A stretch of 64,000 nucleotides of DNA from Acutalibacteraceae bacterium (GCA_045540355.1 JAZQHB010000008.1:31183-95182), one strand, 5' to 3'; positions 54,227 to 63,570 are shown, counted from the stretch's first letter. Numbers and translations are program-made. The notes: generated from the sequence alone by a model not told the origin.

Positions 54227-56224
54227 ATGAATTATACGGAAATTTTAAACAAATGGGGCGAATACATAAATTATAACCGAGAGCAGAAAACATTTAATCT
54301 GATGAATAATGATTACCGTTTTCATAAGATTGGAGAAACCATTGAAAGAATTTTGCAGGAATATGACGGTACGGGTATGCTTGCGGTTATTTATGCAAGA
54401 TTACACTTTGAAAGAGTAATGAGTGAGGGAAAAATATCCGTCTTGGATATATTGGAAAATCCCGACTGCATCAGAAAAGAGAGAGAAATGTATGAGTGCT
54501 TAAACTCTACGGTGGCTACCGATGCAGAGAAAAAATTTATCAGCAAATTAAACAGTCTGTATTCACAAGTGACGCAGGGAAAACTCATTGGCGAGGGCGA
54601 AGATAACCGAAAGGAAATTATGAACTCGCTGGATAGTGTAATGACGGATATTGCCAAATGCAATACTGACCTTTTCTTAAAGGGAGAGGAAGTCGGAAAA
54701 ATCGAAAATATCAGCACCAAACTGCATATTTTTAACAACCTTGCAGAGTGCCTACTTACGATTGAAAAATCTGCGGACGGTATGTATTATTGCTTTATTT
54801 CAGCAGAAAAAACCGCAGATTGTTATTTTTCATTCTTTATTAAGAATAATGGCAATATTATTTCTGTAAATGATAGAGCAAATGAGCAATTTATCGGACA
54901 GCACTCCGTATTAAGAAACGGAAGGTGGACGGAACAGAAAGCCGACGGTATTTTTCCGTATGATTATATTTTTAATTATTCCGGTCACGATTATAAGGGC
55001 TATGCTACCAAATATGAAATTGATGAAAATGCAGTAGATATGTATAATCTCGGAATTGAAGTTTTTATGCCGATTATTATTGCGATGCTGTTGCTGGTAT
55101 TTAAGTTCTCTGATAAGGAATTAGACCTGCCTATGAAGCATATAGACAGTTTTCTTCCTGCGAATATCGAAAAGATAGAAAATCACGCACTTATGCCTAT
55201 CGGAAAAAGCGAATTGGCAGTAAAGCAGGCAGAAATCAACATTTCATACAGTAATGAGGAAATTATAAGCGGTACTCCCGCAGAAGAATTTGAAAATAAA
55301 GACAATCACTGGGACGAGCGAGGAGTTTTCGAGAATAAAAATCAGTATATGATTGATTTATGGGGCGAGGGGTTTGTCTATGATCCCGGCAATTTATTTC
55401 AGAAAAGCAATGTTACTTATTTAATTGATAAAGAAAAGGAAGAAAATAAGGACAAAGAACTTTCCTACATACCGGAATTTGTGGGTACCGAAAAAAAGAT
55501 GCGTATGCAGGTATATACCGATGCACGAAAGCAGTTAGCCGATTATATGCGTCAGAAAATATATGAGGAGTGGGATAATTTTGGAAGAACAAACGCGGTA
55601 AAAGAATGGTACTCAAAAGCCCTTGTAGAAAATAAGGATTATTTATTACGGCTTATGTATGAAACTTATGCAGGAATAAGAAGTAAAGAGGGTGTAGACA
55701 GTTCTATACTTATTTGCCCCGGTTCCTATTCAAGAACTATTTATCATACGGAACAGTGTGTAATAGGTATTCAATATGATGAAGAACCGGGTGGCTGGGA
55801 AATAAGCAGAAAATACGGATTATTAGGTTGTATTAAAACGCCCAGTTTAAGAGGGTACTATTACGATAGTCTGTTGGACGAAACAAATGGCAAAAAATGT
55901 AATATGTGGTTCGTATTTACTCCGCAAACTTGGGAAAACCTCGAAGAATTAACGGGAAGAGAAGTTCCTAAATGCGTAAAGGGGTGGTTAAGAAACGGAC
56001 ATAGTTCCAGAGGTAATCATTTACTTGACTGTACCGATGCGGTAGATTATGTCGGAACACCGTTTGAACATTATGAGAGCAGAAGAAAATTATACAACAA
56101 TATAAGAGAGGTTGAATATTCTTTTATGTTTGCGTGGGGATTTTCAAAAAGCGGTTGGAAAAAATTTGTAAAAGAGTATGAGAAAACCTATAAGGCAGGA
56201 GAAAACGATAACAAGGAAGAATAA
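54227..56224 (+). CDS. Large hypothetical protein (665 aa) with one central hydrophobic segment
   Basis: SD GGTAAGGAG; no motif recognised. Confidence 0.7.
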   Translation: MNYTEILNKWGEYINYNREQKTFNLMNNDYRFHKIGETIERILQEYDGTGMLAVIYARLHFERVMSEGKISVLDILENPDCIRKEREMYECLNSTVATDAEKKFISKLNSLYSQVTQGKLIGEGEDNRKEIMNSLDSVMTDIAKCNTDLFLKGEEVGKIENISTKLHIFNNLAECLLTIEKSADGMYYCFISAEKTADCYFSFFIKNNGNIISVNDRANEQFIGQHSVLRNGRWTEQKADGIFPYDYIFNYSGHDYKGYATKYEIDENAVDMYNLGIEVFMPIIIAMLLLVFKFSDKELDLPMKHIDSFLPANIEKIENHALMPIGKSELAVKQAEINISYSNEEIISGTPAEEFENKDNHWDERGVFENKNQYMIDLWGEGFVYDPGNLFQKSNVTYLIDKEKEENKDKELSYIPEFVGTEKKMRMQVYTDARKQLADYMRQKIYEEWDNFGRTNAVKEWYSKALVENKDYLLRLMYETYAGIRSKEGVDSSILICPGSYSRTIYHTEQCVIGIQYDEEPGGWEISRKYGLLGCIKTPSLRGYYYDSLLDETNGKKCNMWFVFTPQTWENLEELTGREVPKCVKGWLRNGHSSRGNHLLDCTDAVDYVGTPFEHYESRRKLYNNIREVEYSFMFAWGFSKSGWKKFVKEYEKTYKAGENDNKEE

Positions 56225-56229
56225 AAGAA

Positions 56230-56409
56230 ATGATAGTAAATACAGAAAGAAAATACAGTAATAATTTCCGAAAACATCACAAATTGCCAGTGTTGCGAGG
56301 TTCCGCAAAGCGTAAGTTGCGAGAGGCAATGGGTATAGTTCTTGATGAATGTTATATAATCACACTTAACGCAGGAAAAAATGACAGTATAAATCCTTTT
56401 AATATGTGA
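56230..56409 (+). CDS. Small basic ORF (59 aa), not in the ORF track
   Basis: Own translation MIVNTERKYSNNFRKHHKLPVLRGSAKRKLREAMGIVLDECYIITLNAGKNDSINPFNM; AAGGAAG upstream. Confidence 0.4.
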   Translation: MIVNTERKYSNNFRKHHKLPVLRGSAKRKLREAMGIVLDECYIITLNAGKNDSINPFNM

Positions 56410-56418
56410 GGTCTATAA

Positions 56419-56754
56419 ATGCAAAAATATTCAGAAATTGCACGAAACTTTCTGAAAGATAAAGATAAAAAAGAGCCATATATTGTGCATCGTGGAATAT
56501 ATTGGGGAAATACACAGGATATGGAAGACCTTTTTATTCTTTTTGGAGGTGACCGGAAGAAAGTTTATGAACGAACCAAGTGTATAGGGCATCACGCCCG
56601 CTTTAAATATGTTATGGATAGATTGGATAGAGAAAGTAAGGAAAAAGACGCTATTTTTGAAAAGTGTTATATAAACTATCCGGGTATCATCAATAGACCT
56701 ACAAGATGTTTTGTGTTAAAGGAAGGGGATAAGAGCGATGAACGAAAGCCATAA
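56419..56754 (+). CDS. Hypothetical protein (111 aa)
   Basis: SD GTGAGG. Confidence 0.6.
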   Translation: MQKYSEIARNFLKDKDKKEPYIVHRGIYWGNTQDMEDLFILFGGDRKKVYERTKCIGHHARFKYVMDRLDRESKEKDAIFEKCYINYPGIINRPTRCFVLKEGDKSDERKP

Positions 56755-57025
56755 ATGTAGCGAAAGTGACAGATGCGTATGTTATAAACAGAAGGATAAC
56801 AGTGCAGAAATGACTATGATATTCAACAAAGATATAAAGACCGTAGACATTTCGGCATCTATATTTATAAGCAATGACGAACCGATGTTAGAACCTATGG
56901 AAAATGAATGGGTTAAGCATTCGGCTAAATATGGTTACTGGCAACAAATATCTCCAACACTGGGTATGGAAGATATTACATTTTTATACGAAAAGAGCAG
57001 GGAATTATTTGGAAAGTCGGTGTGA
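56738..57025 (+). CDS. Hypothetical protein (95 aa)
   Basis: SD GGAAGGGG. Confidence 0.55.
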   Translation: MNESHKCSESDRCVCYKQKDNSAEMTMIFNKDIKTVDISASIFISNDEPMLEPMENEWVKHSAKYGYWQQISPTLGMEDITFLYEKSRELFGKSV

Positions 57026-57027
57026 TT

Positions 57028-57423
57028 ATGAGTTTAAAAGCAAAGCATAAATCACTGTCGAACAAAGTAAGAGAGCAGATACATAATAAATACGCAGGAC
57101 ATTGTGCGTATTGTGGCTGTGAGATCACCTGCAAGGAAATGCAGGTGGACCATATAATACCAAAGTATCAAGAAGAAATAAGAGAAATCAATACTGATGC
57201 TATGGAAAACTATATGCCCGCTTGTAGACAGTGTAATTTTTATAAATCCACTTTTTCAGTAGAAGATTTTAGAGAAAGATTAACGACGGTGATGATGAAA
57301 AATCTACAAAAGAACTTTAATTACCGATTGGCTATAAAGTATGGGCTGGTTTCAGAGCATATAAGCCCAGTAAAGTTCTATTTTGAAAAATATAATGAAC
57401 GGAAAGGAGATGCTAAATCTTGA
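57028..57423 (+). CDS. HNH endonuclease
   Basis: CAYCGC...VDHIIPK...NYMPACRQCNFYK (CxxC / DH / N / CxxC). Confidence 0.8.
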   Translation: MSLKAKHKSLSNKVREQIHNKYAGHCAYCGCEITCKEMQVDHIIPKYQEEIREINTDAMENYMPACRQCNFYKSTFSVEDFRERLTTVMMKNLQKNFNYRLAIKYGLVSEHISPVKFYFEKYNERKGDAKS

Positions 57424-57749
57424 CAGAAGTAAATTTAAACACAGAGAAAGCAATGTTGGTAGTAGATATGCCTATCGACTGTATGCACTGCTATTTAAGT
57501 GTTCCCGCCAAGGAAAAACATACAGGACAATTTTGTTTGAAGTGTGTAAAAGAACCAACGCTGATGATTACCAAAGAAGAAGCAAAAGTAAAACCTCACT
57601 GGTGTCCTTTAAAGCCTGTACCGATACCGCAGGTTCATTACTGTACGGACAATGAATTTCAGCGTGGTGCGAAGACTGGGTATAATGCCTGCATCACGGA
57701 AATATTAAAAGAAGAAAAGGAGAAATCAGCAAATGAAAAAGGTTTTTAA
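57420..57749 (+). CDS. Cys-rich (zinc-ribbon-like) small protein
   Basis: CMHC...CLKC...HWCP; TTG start, so the exact start is uncertain. Confidence 0.45.
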   Translation: MTEVNLNTEKAMLVVDMPIDCMHCYLSVPAKEKHTGQFCLKCVKEPTLMITKEEAKVKPHWCPLKPVPIPQVHYCTDNEFQRGAKTGYNACITEILKEEKEKSANEKGF

Positions 57750-58434
57750 GAATATTAAGGTAATTATATTGTTTATGGCACTTATTACAGCAGGGATTGG
57801 GTTAATTCTTTCCGTAATTAAGTACAATAAAATAACGAATTATTATTCGGAAAAAGTAGTTGCAGTAAAAGTTGACGAAATAGAAGAAAGCTATGATTAT
57901 GTTGGTTGGCTGAATATAATAAAGACAGAAACTCACTACAACTATGTTTACGAATATGAGTGGAACGGGGAAATATATAAAATTGAATTAGAAAAATCAG
58001 AAACAAAAAACTTATGGAATATATTAAAAACCATATTTACAGGCACCGGAAATGGCGAAAAATTGGTATGTCACTTAAACCCGAAAACACCTAATGAAGC
58101 TACACTGGAAACAACAAACGAGGTTGCCATATATTCTGTTTGTTTCTTCATCACGCTAATGTGTACTGCTTACACAACTATCTGTGTATTTGAAGAAAAC
58201 GCAAAAATCAGAAAGGGAGAAGATTATATTAAGAAAATGGTATGGACTTGCCCCTGCTGTAAAAGTGAAAATGTTACGGCAAGAGAAGTAAAACACATAA
58301 ACAAATCGTCCCGTGTTATAAATCAAAAAAGGTGGTTGTTCTGCCGTGATTGCGATTATCAAGAAGTAAGGCTTGAAAAGGAAGAAACTTATGATGCGTC
58401 TGATGTAAAGGGGAATAAAAATGAAGAGAATTAA
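57733..58434 (+). CDS. Two-TM membrane protein (DUF3592-like beta-rich loop) with C-terminal zinc ribbon, paralogue 1
   Basis: YYSEKVVAV...YEYEWNGEIYKIE and CPCCKS...CRDCDY. Paralogous to the next gene. Confidence 0.7.
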   Translation: MKKVFKNIKVIILFMALITAGIGLILSVIKYNKITNYYSEKVVAVKVDEIEESYDYVGWLNIIKTETHYNYVYEYEWNGEIYKIELEKSETKNLWNILKTIFTGTGNGEKLVCHLNPKTPNEATLETTNEVAIYSVCFFITLMCTAYTTICVFEENAKIRKGEDYIKKMVWTCPCCKSENVTAREVKHINKSSRVINQKRWLFCRDCDYQEVRLEKEETYDASDVKGNKNEEN

Positions 58435-59314
58435 AAATTTATTTAAACCACAGGTCTTATTACTGTTTTTTGCAACAATCGTTTCCGCTGTACTGGTAGC
58501 AACAAGCTATACAAATTATAAAAAGACCACTGCATATTACAGCGAAAAAGTAGTCGGGGAGATAATCGAAGTAGAAAAAATAAAAGAAAATTATATTTCC
58601 TTCTTCGACACCATAAATACTAAAATTACATATAAGGTTATATATGAGTATGAATGGCAGGGAGAAACCTATCACACCGAAGTAAATAAGGGACTTGGAT
58701 TGTTCTTGAACTATTTTGAGAAGGGGACAAAAGCTATATGCTATATAAATGCAGAAAACCCAAGCGATGCAGTTGTAAATGTATCTGATCCCGTTAAACC
58801 ATTTATTGTATTATTTTTTGCTTTTCTTATGAGTTTCATATTGGTTGCGATATATTGTCTTTTTGACAATGATAAAGAAAGAGAAATAGAAGCGATATGT
58901 ACTTGCCCGTATTGCAAAAGTGAAAAGGTAGGCGTAAAAGATGTCTTAAATGATACCGCTATTACTCCTTATATCCAAAATATAAGAGAAGCAATGAAAA
59001 ACGAAACCGATGTAGATTTGAGAAATCGTGTAGAAGATTATTTAAAATATATTCAACATCTGCAAAAAACTAGAAAAATTTGGGCGTATTGTCAGATATG
59101 CGGTAGGACAAGCAAAGAAAGAGAAGTACCGCTTGAAACTTCTGACGATGAAATAATCAAACTGGCAACAGCTGAATGGAATAATCGGGAGAAAAAATTA
59201 TCTTTTGATGAACTGGAAGCTGTATATCTTGCAAGATACATTAGGAGAAAAGGAAATAAAGCATCAGAGGACGAAGTAGAAGACTTCATTAACTGGTGTC
59301 GAGATAATTTATAA
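58421..59314 (+). CDS. Paralogue 2 of the membrane/zinc-ribbon protein, carrying a VirB4-derived insert
   Basis: YYSEKVVGE...YEYEWQGETYHTE; CPYCKS...[ITPYIQNIREAMKNETDVDLRNRVEDYLKYIQHLQKTRK]...CQICG. Confidence 0.7.
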   Translation: MKRIKNLFKPQVLLLFFATIVSAVLVATSYTNYKKTTAYYSEKVVGEIIEVEKIKENYISFFDTINTKITYKVIYEYEWQGETYHTEVNKGLGLFLNYFEKGTKAICYINAENPSDAVVNVSDPVKPFIVLFFAFLMSFILVAIYCLFDNDKEREIEAICTCPYCKSEKVGVKDVLNDTAITPYIQNIREAMKNETDVDLRNRVEDYLKYIQHLQKTRKIWAYCQICGRTSKEREVPLETSDDEIIKLATAEWNNREKKLSFDELEAVYLARYIRRKGNKASEDEVEDFINWCRDNL

Positions 59315-59318
59315 TAAT

Positions 59319-59355
59319 AATATTCCCTTACGGTAAGTGGGGGAATATTTTTTTA
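59319..59355 (+). terminator. Intrinsic terminator (AATATTCCC..GGGAATATTTTTTT)
   Basis: Seen in sequence. Confidence 0.8.
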
Positions 59356-59511
59356 CAACAATGCTAGTTTTTTGCTATTTAGGAAAGATTAAAGTATAAT
59401 ATACTTATAACATTAAAGAAAGGAAACAGCACTTCTATTGTATCAACACAGACGAAGAATTTAAGGAATACATCGCAAAAGAAGGCATCAAAGCAGTAGA
59501 GGATAATAATA

Positions 59512-60531
59512 ATGAAGACGGAAAAACAGATTGAGATTGAAATAGGTAAAATAGGAACGGAACTGATGCAGGAATATGAGGAATGTGACTGTATCAGCGT
59601 TGATGTCGCCACTTTGGAAGAAAAAGTACCCGTAGAATTTTTCAATGAGAAATCGGTTTTGATTGTACCTATCATAAAAAGCGGAGTTCTTGAATTAAGA
59701 AACAGCGATGTAGAAAATGATGAAATATTAAGCGATTTTGAATATTTATACAATACTGACCGCTCGGTGTTTCGTTCTGTTCTTAAAGAAGGCTGGTCGC
59801 TAAAAAAAGATGATTTAACCAAACGAATTTTAGATCAGATTTATAAGAACAGAATTATACGGTTGTTTTTTGATGCAGAAATGGAAGGAGAAGAGATAAA
59901 ACTTCATTTGGCACAGATTACAAGCTACCCTATTTATAACGAAATTGTTGTCGCTTCGGGAATTGACAAATATGAACATCGCTGGGAATATTCAGCCACT
60001 ATCATATCACCATTAAGGGTAGTGAATGGAGAATATGAGGTACAGTTAGCGGAATTTAAAGATGCGACCACAACAGTTTATGAACGGCAGAAGAGAAATG
60101 AAAAAGAAATCAAGCGATATATGGAAACTTTATTATCCGCAGAAAAATTAGATACTTACCCTATGGAAACATTTTTGAAAATTATGGGTTATCTTAATTT
60201 TATTATGGAACACCCGGAGTTGAAAGAACTGGGAGAACCCAAAAAGCGTAGCCGGACACGCGGTAATAAAAAGACATCAGAACCAACGCAGAAGAAATCC
60301 GAAGAAAAGGCGAAAATGCGTGAAATATCACTGAATGGAATTTTAATGCGTACAAGTAACCAAAAGGTTGCAAATACTATGAGAAGCAGGCAAATTCATC
60401 GTGTGGCTACCTGCTGGGGCGTAAGGGGACATTTTAGGCACTATAAGAAGACCGGAAAGGTGGTTTATATTGAACCTTATGAAAAAGGAAAAGATGCAGG
60501 TAAGAGAATAAAGAAACATTACAAATTATAG
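59512..60531 (+). CDS. Hypothetical protein (339 aa) with a basic C-terminus
   Basis: SD AGAGGATAA. The promoter TTGCTA-N17-TATAAT at 59366-59400 is followed by ATACTTATAACAT. Confidence 0.65.
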   Translation: MKTEKQIEIEIGKIGTELMQEYEECDCISVDVATLEEKVPVEFFNEKSVLIVPIIKSGVLELRNSDVENDEILSDFEYLYNTDRSVFRSVLKEGWSLKKDDLTKRILDQIYKNRIIRLFFDAEMEGEEIKLHLAQITSYPIYNEIVVASGIDKYEHRWEYSATIISPLRVVNGEYEVQLAEFKDATTTVYERQKRNEKEIKRYMETLLSAEKLDTYPMETFLKIMGYLNFIMEHPELKELGEPKKRSRTRGNKKTSEPTQKKSEEKAKMREISLNGILMRTSNQKVANTMRSRQIHRVATCWGVRGHFRHYKKTGKVVYIEPYEKGKDAGKRIKKHYKL

Positions 60532-60550
60532 GAATAGGAGAAAATTAAGT

Positions 60551-61120
60551 ATGGGAAGAGTAAGTTTGTATGATGAAAAAGCAAAGAGTGAAAGAGTATT
60601 TTGGATAAGGTCAATCGCAATTATATTCGTAATTGTGTGCATTGTTAATATTGTAGTTTTGAATTTTTGGGAAAGTAACATTACAGCCACAGTAACGGAT
60701 AAAGAAATGACAAATAATCACAATTTCATCTACATTACAACTGCCGACGGAGAAGAAAAAGTGCTGGATAATAAAAATATACTTTTCCGTTTTAAGTTTA
60801 ACAGTGCAGAAATATATGGAGATTTAGAGGTAGGAAGCACCTATGAATTTTCCATTATCGGTATGAGAAGTCAGTTTCTTGGAATGTATGAAAATATCGT
60901 CGGTTACACACTGGTAGAAGATGCAAAAAATGCTTCGGATAATACTGATATGATTGAAGAGATGAATGAGAAAAAAGAGCAGGGATATGCTGTTGCTATG
61001 AGTATCAATGGCGGTATTCTTGACGCAGAAGAAAATTTCTTATTTACGAAAGAAGTTTTGGAAGAATATAGCATTAAGGTGGATTATGAGAATAAAATCA
61101 TAATTTTGACAGAGAAGTAA
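60551..61120 (+). CDS. Membrane-anchored protein (189 aa)
   Basis: SD TAGGAGAAAA; one N-terminal TM helix. Confidence 0.65.
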   Translation: MGRVSLYDEKAKSERVFWIRSIAIIFVIVCIVNIVVLNFWESNITATVTDKEMTNNHNFIYITTADGEEKVLDNKNILFRFKFNSAEIYGDLEVGSTYEFSIIGMRSQFLGMYENIVGYTLVEDAKNASDNTDMIEEMNEKKEQGYAVAMSINGGILDAEENFLFTKEVLEEYSIKVDYENKIIILTEK

Positions 61121-61132
61121 GGAGGAGATAAA

Positions 61133-61465
61133 ATGCAATTACCGTGTTTACCTTTAATTCAAGAGAGATTTTGGAATGAAATCAAAGATAAATTATCAGA
61201 ACAGGAAAAACATTGTCCGGAAATTGATATGGTAATGTTTCCGCAAACTTGGGGCAGTACAGCATTGGGATTTCGTGGAATAGGCGGGCAGGCAATGACG
61301 AGTGCCTACACAGTTGTAGTAAGAGATAATACAAGCGGTTGGGTTGCTGTCTTCTTTGGAGAAAGTTTAGCTTATGCGCTTAACAATCCAAATCAAAAAT
61401 TCTACGAGGATATACAGAAGGGGAAAATGGAAGCAGTAATTAAAAGCTGTCTATATTTGAGGTAA
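61133..61465 (+). CDS. Hypothetical protein (110 aa)
   Basis: SD TAAGGAGGAG. Confidence 0.6.
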   Translation: MQLPCLPLIQERFWNEIKDKLSEQEKHCPEIDMVMFPQTWGSTALGFRGIGGQAMTSAYTVVVRDNTSGWVAVFFGESLAYALNNPNQKFYEDIQKGKMEAVIKSCLYLR

Positions 61466-61470
61466 TACAT

Positions 61471-62160
61471 ATGTGGAATAAAAGTATTAAAATTAGAGAA
61501 AACGCAGTTGTATTTAAGCAGTACGATGCAGAAGACGGTCACTTTGTAAAATCCTGCGTATTTCCTTCGGAGTTATATCCGTTAAATACCAGTAAGAATA
61601 ATCCGATAAGGACTTTTTATAATGAAAATACTGTGGAAATTACTGATGAAAAAGTAAAGAAAATTATCGACAAGGTGGTATATCGCGTTGGTGGGTGCTA
61701 CCAAAATTCTTTTGAGTTATTAAAACTTCTGCAAGAAGCTGGTATTGAAGGCGTGAAGGCTTTTGCAGGGTGGGCGTGCATCACAAACACCCAGTTACCC
61801 ATACATCATTCGTGGCTGGTACTAAATGACAACAGCATTATTGACCTTGCAGACGAAGTAGATGCAATTATGGAGATTGAAAAAAACAAGGATAATCTGA
61901 CAGGGGAAGAAGTTATTGAGAGAATGTTGGAATATCGTAAAAGCGTAATGGATAAAACGAACACGGAACGCATACAGCACATAGGGAAATGTTCCAAAGG
62001 AATGTATTATATCGGCTGTGAATGTGAACCGTATGATGCAAAACAGTTGTATCAGAACCTTATTGCAAGATACCCGAACCACGAAGCACAAAGGAATGTA
62101 AACAGTGCTACTGGACGCAATCGGACACAGCAGGCGATGATAGATGCAGGATTGATATAG
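61471..62160 (+). CDS. Hypothetical protein (229 aa); possible Cys-His-Asp hydrolase fold
   Basis: GGCYQNS ... IHHSWLVLND ... D read by eye only. Confidence 0.55.
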   Translation: MWNKSIKIRENAVVFKQYDAEDGHFVKSCVFPSELYPLNTSKNNPIRTFYNENTVEITDEKVKKIIDKVVYRVGGCYQNSFELLKLLQEAGIEGVKAFAGWACITNTQLPIHHSWLVLNDNSIIDLADEVDAIMEIEKNKDNLTGEEVIERMLEYRKSVMDKTNTERIQHIGKCSKGMYYIGCECEPYDAKQLYQNLIARYPNHEAQRNVNSATGRNRTQQAMIDAGLI

Positions 62161-62169
62161 GAGAGATAT

Positions 62170-62439
62170 ATGGAAGAACAAAGATTTGATATTGATACGG
62201 TGAAGACCGGACAGAAGATTGCACAATTACGGGAACAGAAGAATATTCCCGTACATCAGCTGTCAAAATTATTGGGTATTTGCGGTGGTGCAATTTATAA
62301 ATGGGAAAGAGGAACAGCTATGCCACGCATAGACAACTTTGTTGCATTATGCAGTATATTAGATGTAGCCCCGGCAGATATATGTGTTTTTTACAATGAA
62401 GAAGGTGCGGAAAAATTCCGACAGCTATGCAGAAAATAG
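62170..62439 (+). CDS. XRE-family helix-turn-helix regulator
   Basis: QKIAQLREQKNIPVHQLSKLLGICGGAIYKWERG is a classic HTH_3 pattern. Confidence 0.8.
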   Translation: MEEQRFDIDTVKTGQKIAQLREQKNIPVHQLSKLLGICGGAIYKWERGTAMPRIDNFVALCSILDVAPADICVFYNEEGAEKFRQLCRK

Positions 62440-62468
62440 GGAACCGACGGAAAATAAAAAAAATACAC

Positions 62469-62600
62469 TTGCACTTACCAAAAAATTATAGTATATTATA
62501 TTTATTAAAAAATAACGACAAAATATGCTAACAAATAGAGAGAAGAACTATACGGGGATATTCCGTAAAAGTGACTTCTCTTTTTTGGTTTTGTTGTTGC
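62469..62600 (+). promoter_or_regulatory. Promoter-leader-terminator module, copy E
   Basis: TTGCAC-N17-TATATT; CGACAAAATATGCTAACAAATAG; hairpin AGAGAAG..CTTCTCT plus TTTTTGGTTTTGTTGTTG. Confidence 0.55.
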
Positions 62601-62766
62601 CCTGCCTTTCTACACATTAGAGAGGTAGGGACGGTTACACCGCACAGACGAAGTTGAGGCAAAGTGCCTCCTTCAAGTGCCTTTGTGTAACCCAAATAGA
62701 ACATAGATTATCAAGAGAAGGAACCATTGGTAAATGCCGACGGGTAGAACCAAAGCGGTTCCTTCT
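62600..62766 (+). ncRNA. Highly structured ORF-less RNA segment (three long hairpins)
   Basis: 12-bp stem 62600-62611/62619-62630. 8-bp stem GGTTACAC/GTGTAACC (62633/62685) enclosing GAGGCA-AAG-TGCCTC. 10-bp stem AGAAGGAACC/GGTTCCTTCT (62716/62757). Confidence 0.45.
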
Positions 62767-62778
62767 ACAATTTAATAA

Positions 62779-62876
62779 CAAGCACCGAACCTAATAAGTA
62801 GGTGTAGGGGAGGCTTGTAAGAACACAATAAAAAGAAAGGACCGCACCACGACGGGTACGGCAAAGGTAAGAAAAA
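62779..62876 (+). promoter_or_regulatory. Conserved structured 5' UTR element, copy 2
   Basis: Same three identical blocks as 37760-37871, ending at the start codon. Confidence 0.55.
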
Positions 62877-63104
62877 ATGTGGGTGTGTAAAAAATATCCC
62901 GATATTGACGAATATGAACTCGATGAACTCAACTGCCCGGTATCAAGGTGCAGAAATTGTCCTTATGGAGAGTTTCAAGTTCAAGAAGACGACAGTGAAA
63001 ACGAATACGACAACGATGTTGCGTATTTTTATAGTAGTGACAACTACGAAGCCACCGAAGAAGATTTGGAGTATATTGCGTGGCTAGAAGAATACAATGA
63101 GTAA
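62877..63104 (+). CDS. Small Cys-cluster protein with an acidic tail (75 aa)
   Basis: CPVSRCRNCPYG followed by D/E/Y-rich sequence. Confidence 0.55.
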   Translation: MWVCKKYPDIDEYELDELNCPVSRCRNCPYGEFQVQEDDSENEYDNDVAYFYSSDNYEATEEDLEYIAWLEEYNE

Positions 63105-63194
63105 CGAGAAAATTTTAAAACATAAAACATTAAAGTCCCTTTCAGTATAGTCGACGGGCTACACTGGGGGATTTTTTTGTTTGCAAAATAGTAA

Positions 63195-63306
63195 TTGCAC
63201 TTTTAAGTAAATTATACTATAATAACCTTGTAACATATTTTTGACAACAAAAGACTAACAATGAGGAAGAACTCCGTAGGGGTATCTTCCTTTTTTTTGT
63301 TGTCAC
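63195..63306 (+). promoter_or_regulatory. Promoter-leader-terminator module, copy B (near-identical to A)
   Basis: 63211-63306 matches 40902-41000, differing only by a 3-nt A-run length difference. Confidence 0.7.
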
Positions 63307-63335
63307 GAACACTATTTTAAGAAAGGGGGTTGCCT

Positions 63336-63551
63336 ATGAGTGCAATCGTATTTAGAGAAATGTTCCTCGGAGAACGCATCAACTACTGTGCTGGTTTGCA
63401 GAAGTTTTTGTGGTTTGAGCAGAGAAACGACGGTTCGGGGTGCAGTATTATGCACTCATTCAAGACCGAGGAAGAGGTCAAAGAACACATCAAAACTGTC
63501 AAGGAAGCCGAAGAAGAAAAACGGCTGAAGAATGCTTGGTGGCACAATTAA
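63336..63551 (+). CDS. Hypothetical small protein (71 aa)
   Basis: Start moved to ATG 63336 behind AAAGGGGG. Confidence 0.55.
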   Translation: MSAIVFREMFLGERINYCAGLQKFLWFEQRNDGSGCSIMHSFKTEEEVKEHIKTVKEAEEEKRLKNAWWHN

Positions 63552-63570
63552 GAAACGGAGGAAAAAAAGA

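Noticed and set aside
62600-62766. Retron msr/msd, a group II intron fragment or tracrRNA as the explanation for the structured RNA
   Set aside because: There is no reverse transcriptase, intron-encoded protein, cas gene or repeat array in the window. No diagnostic sequence motifs were recognised.
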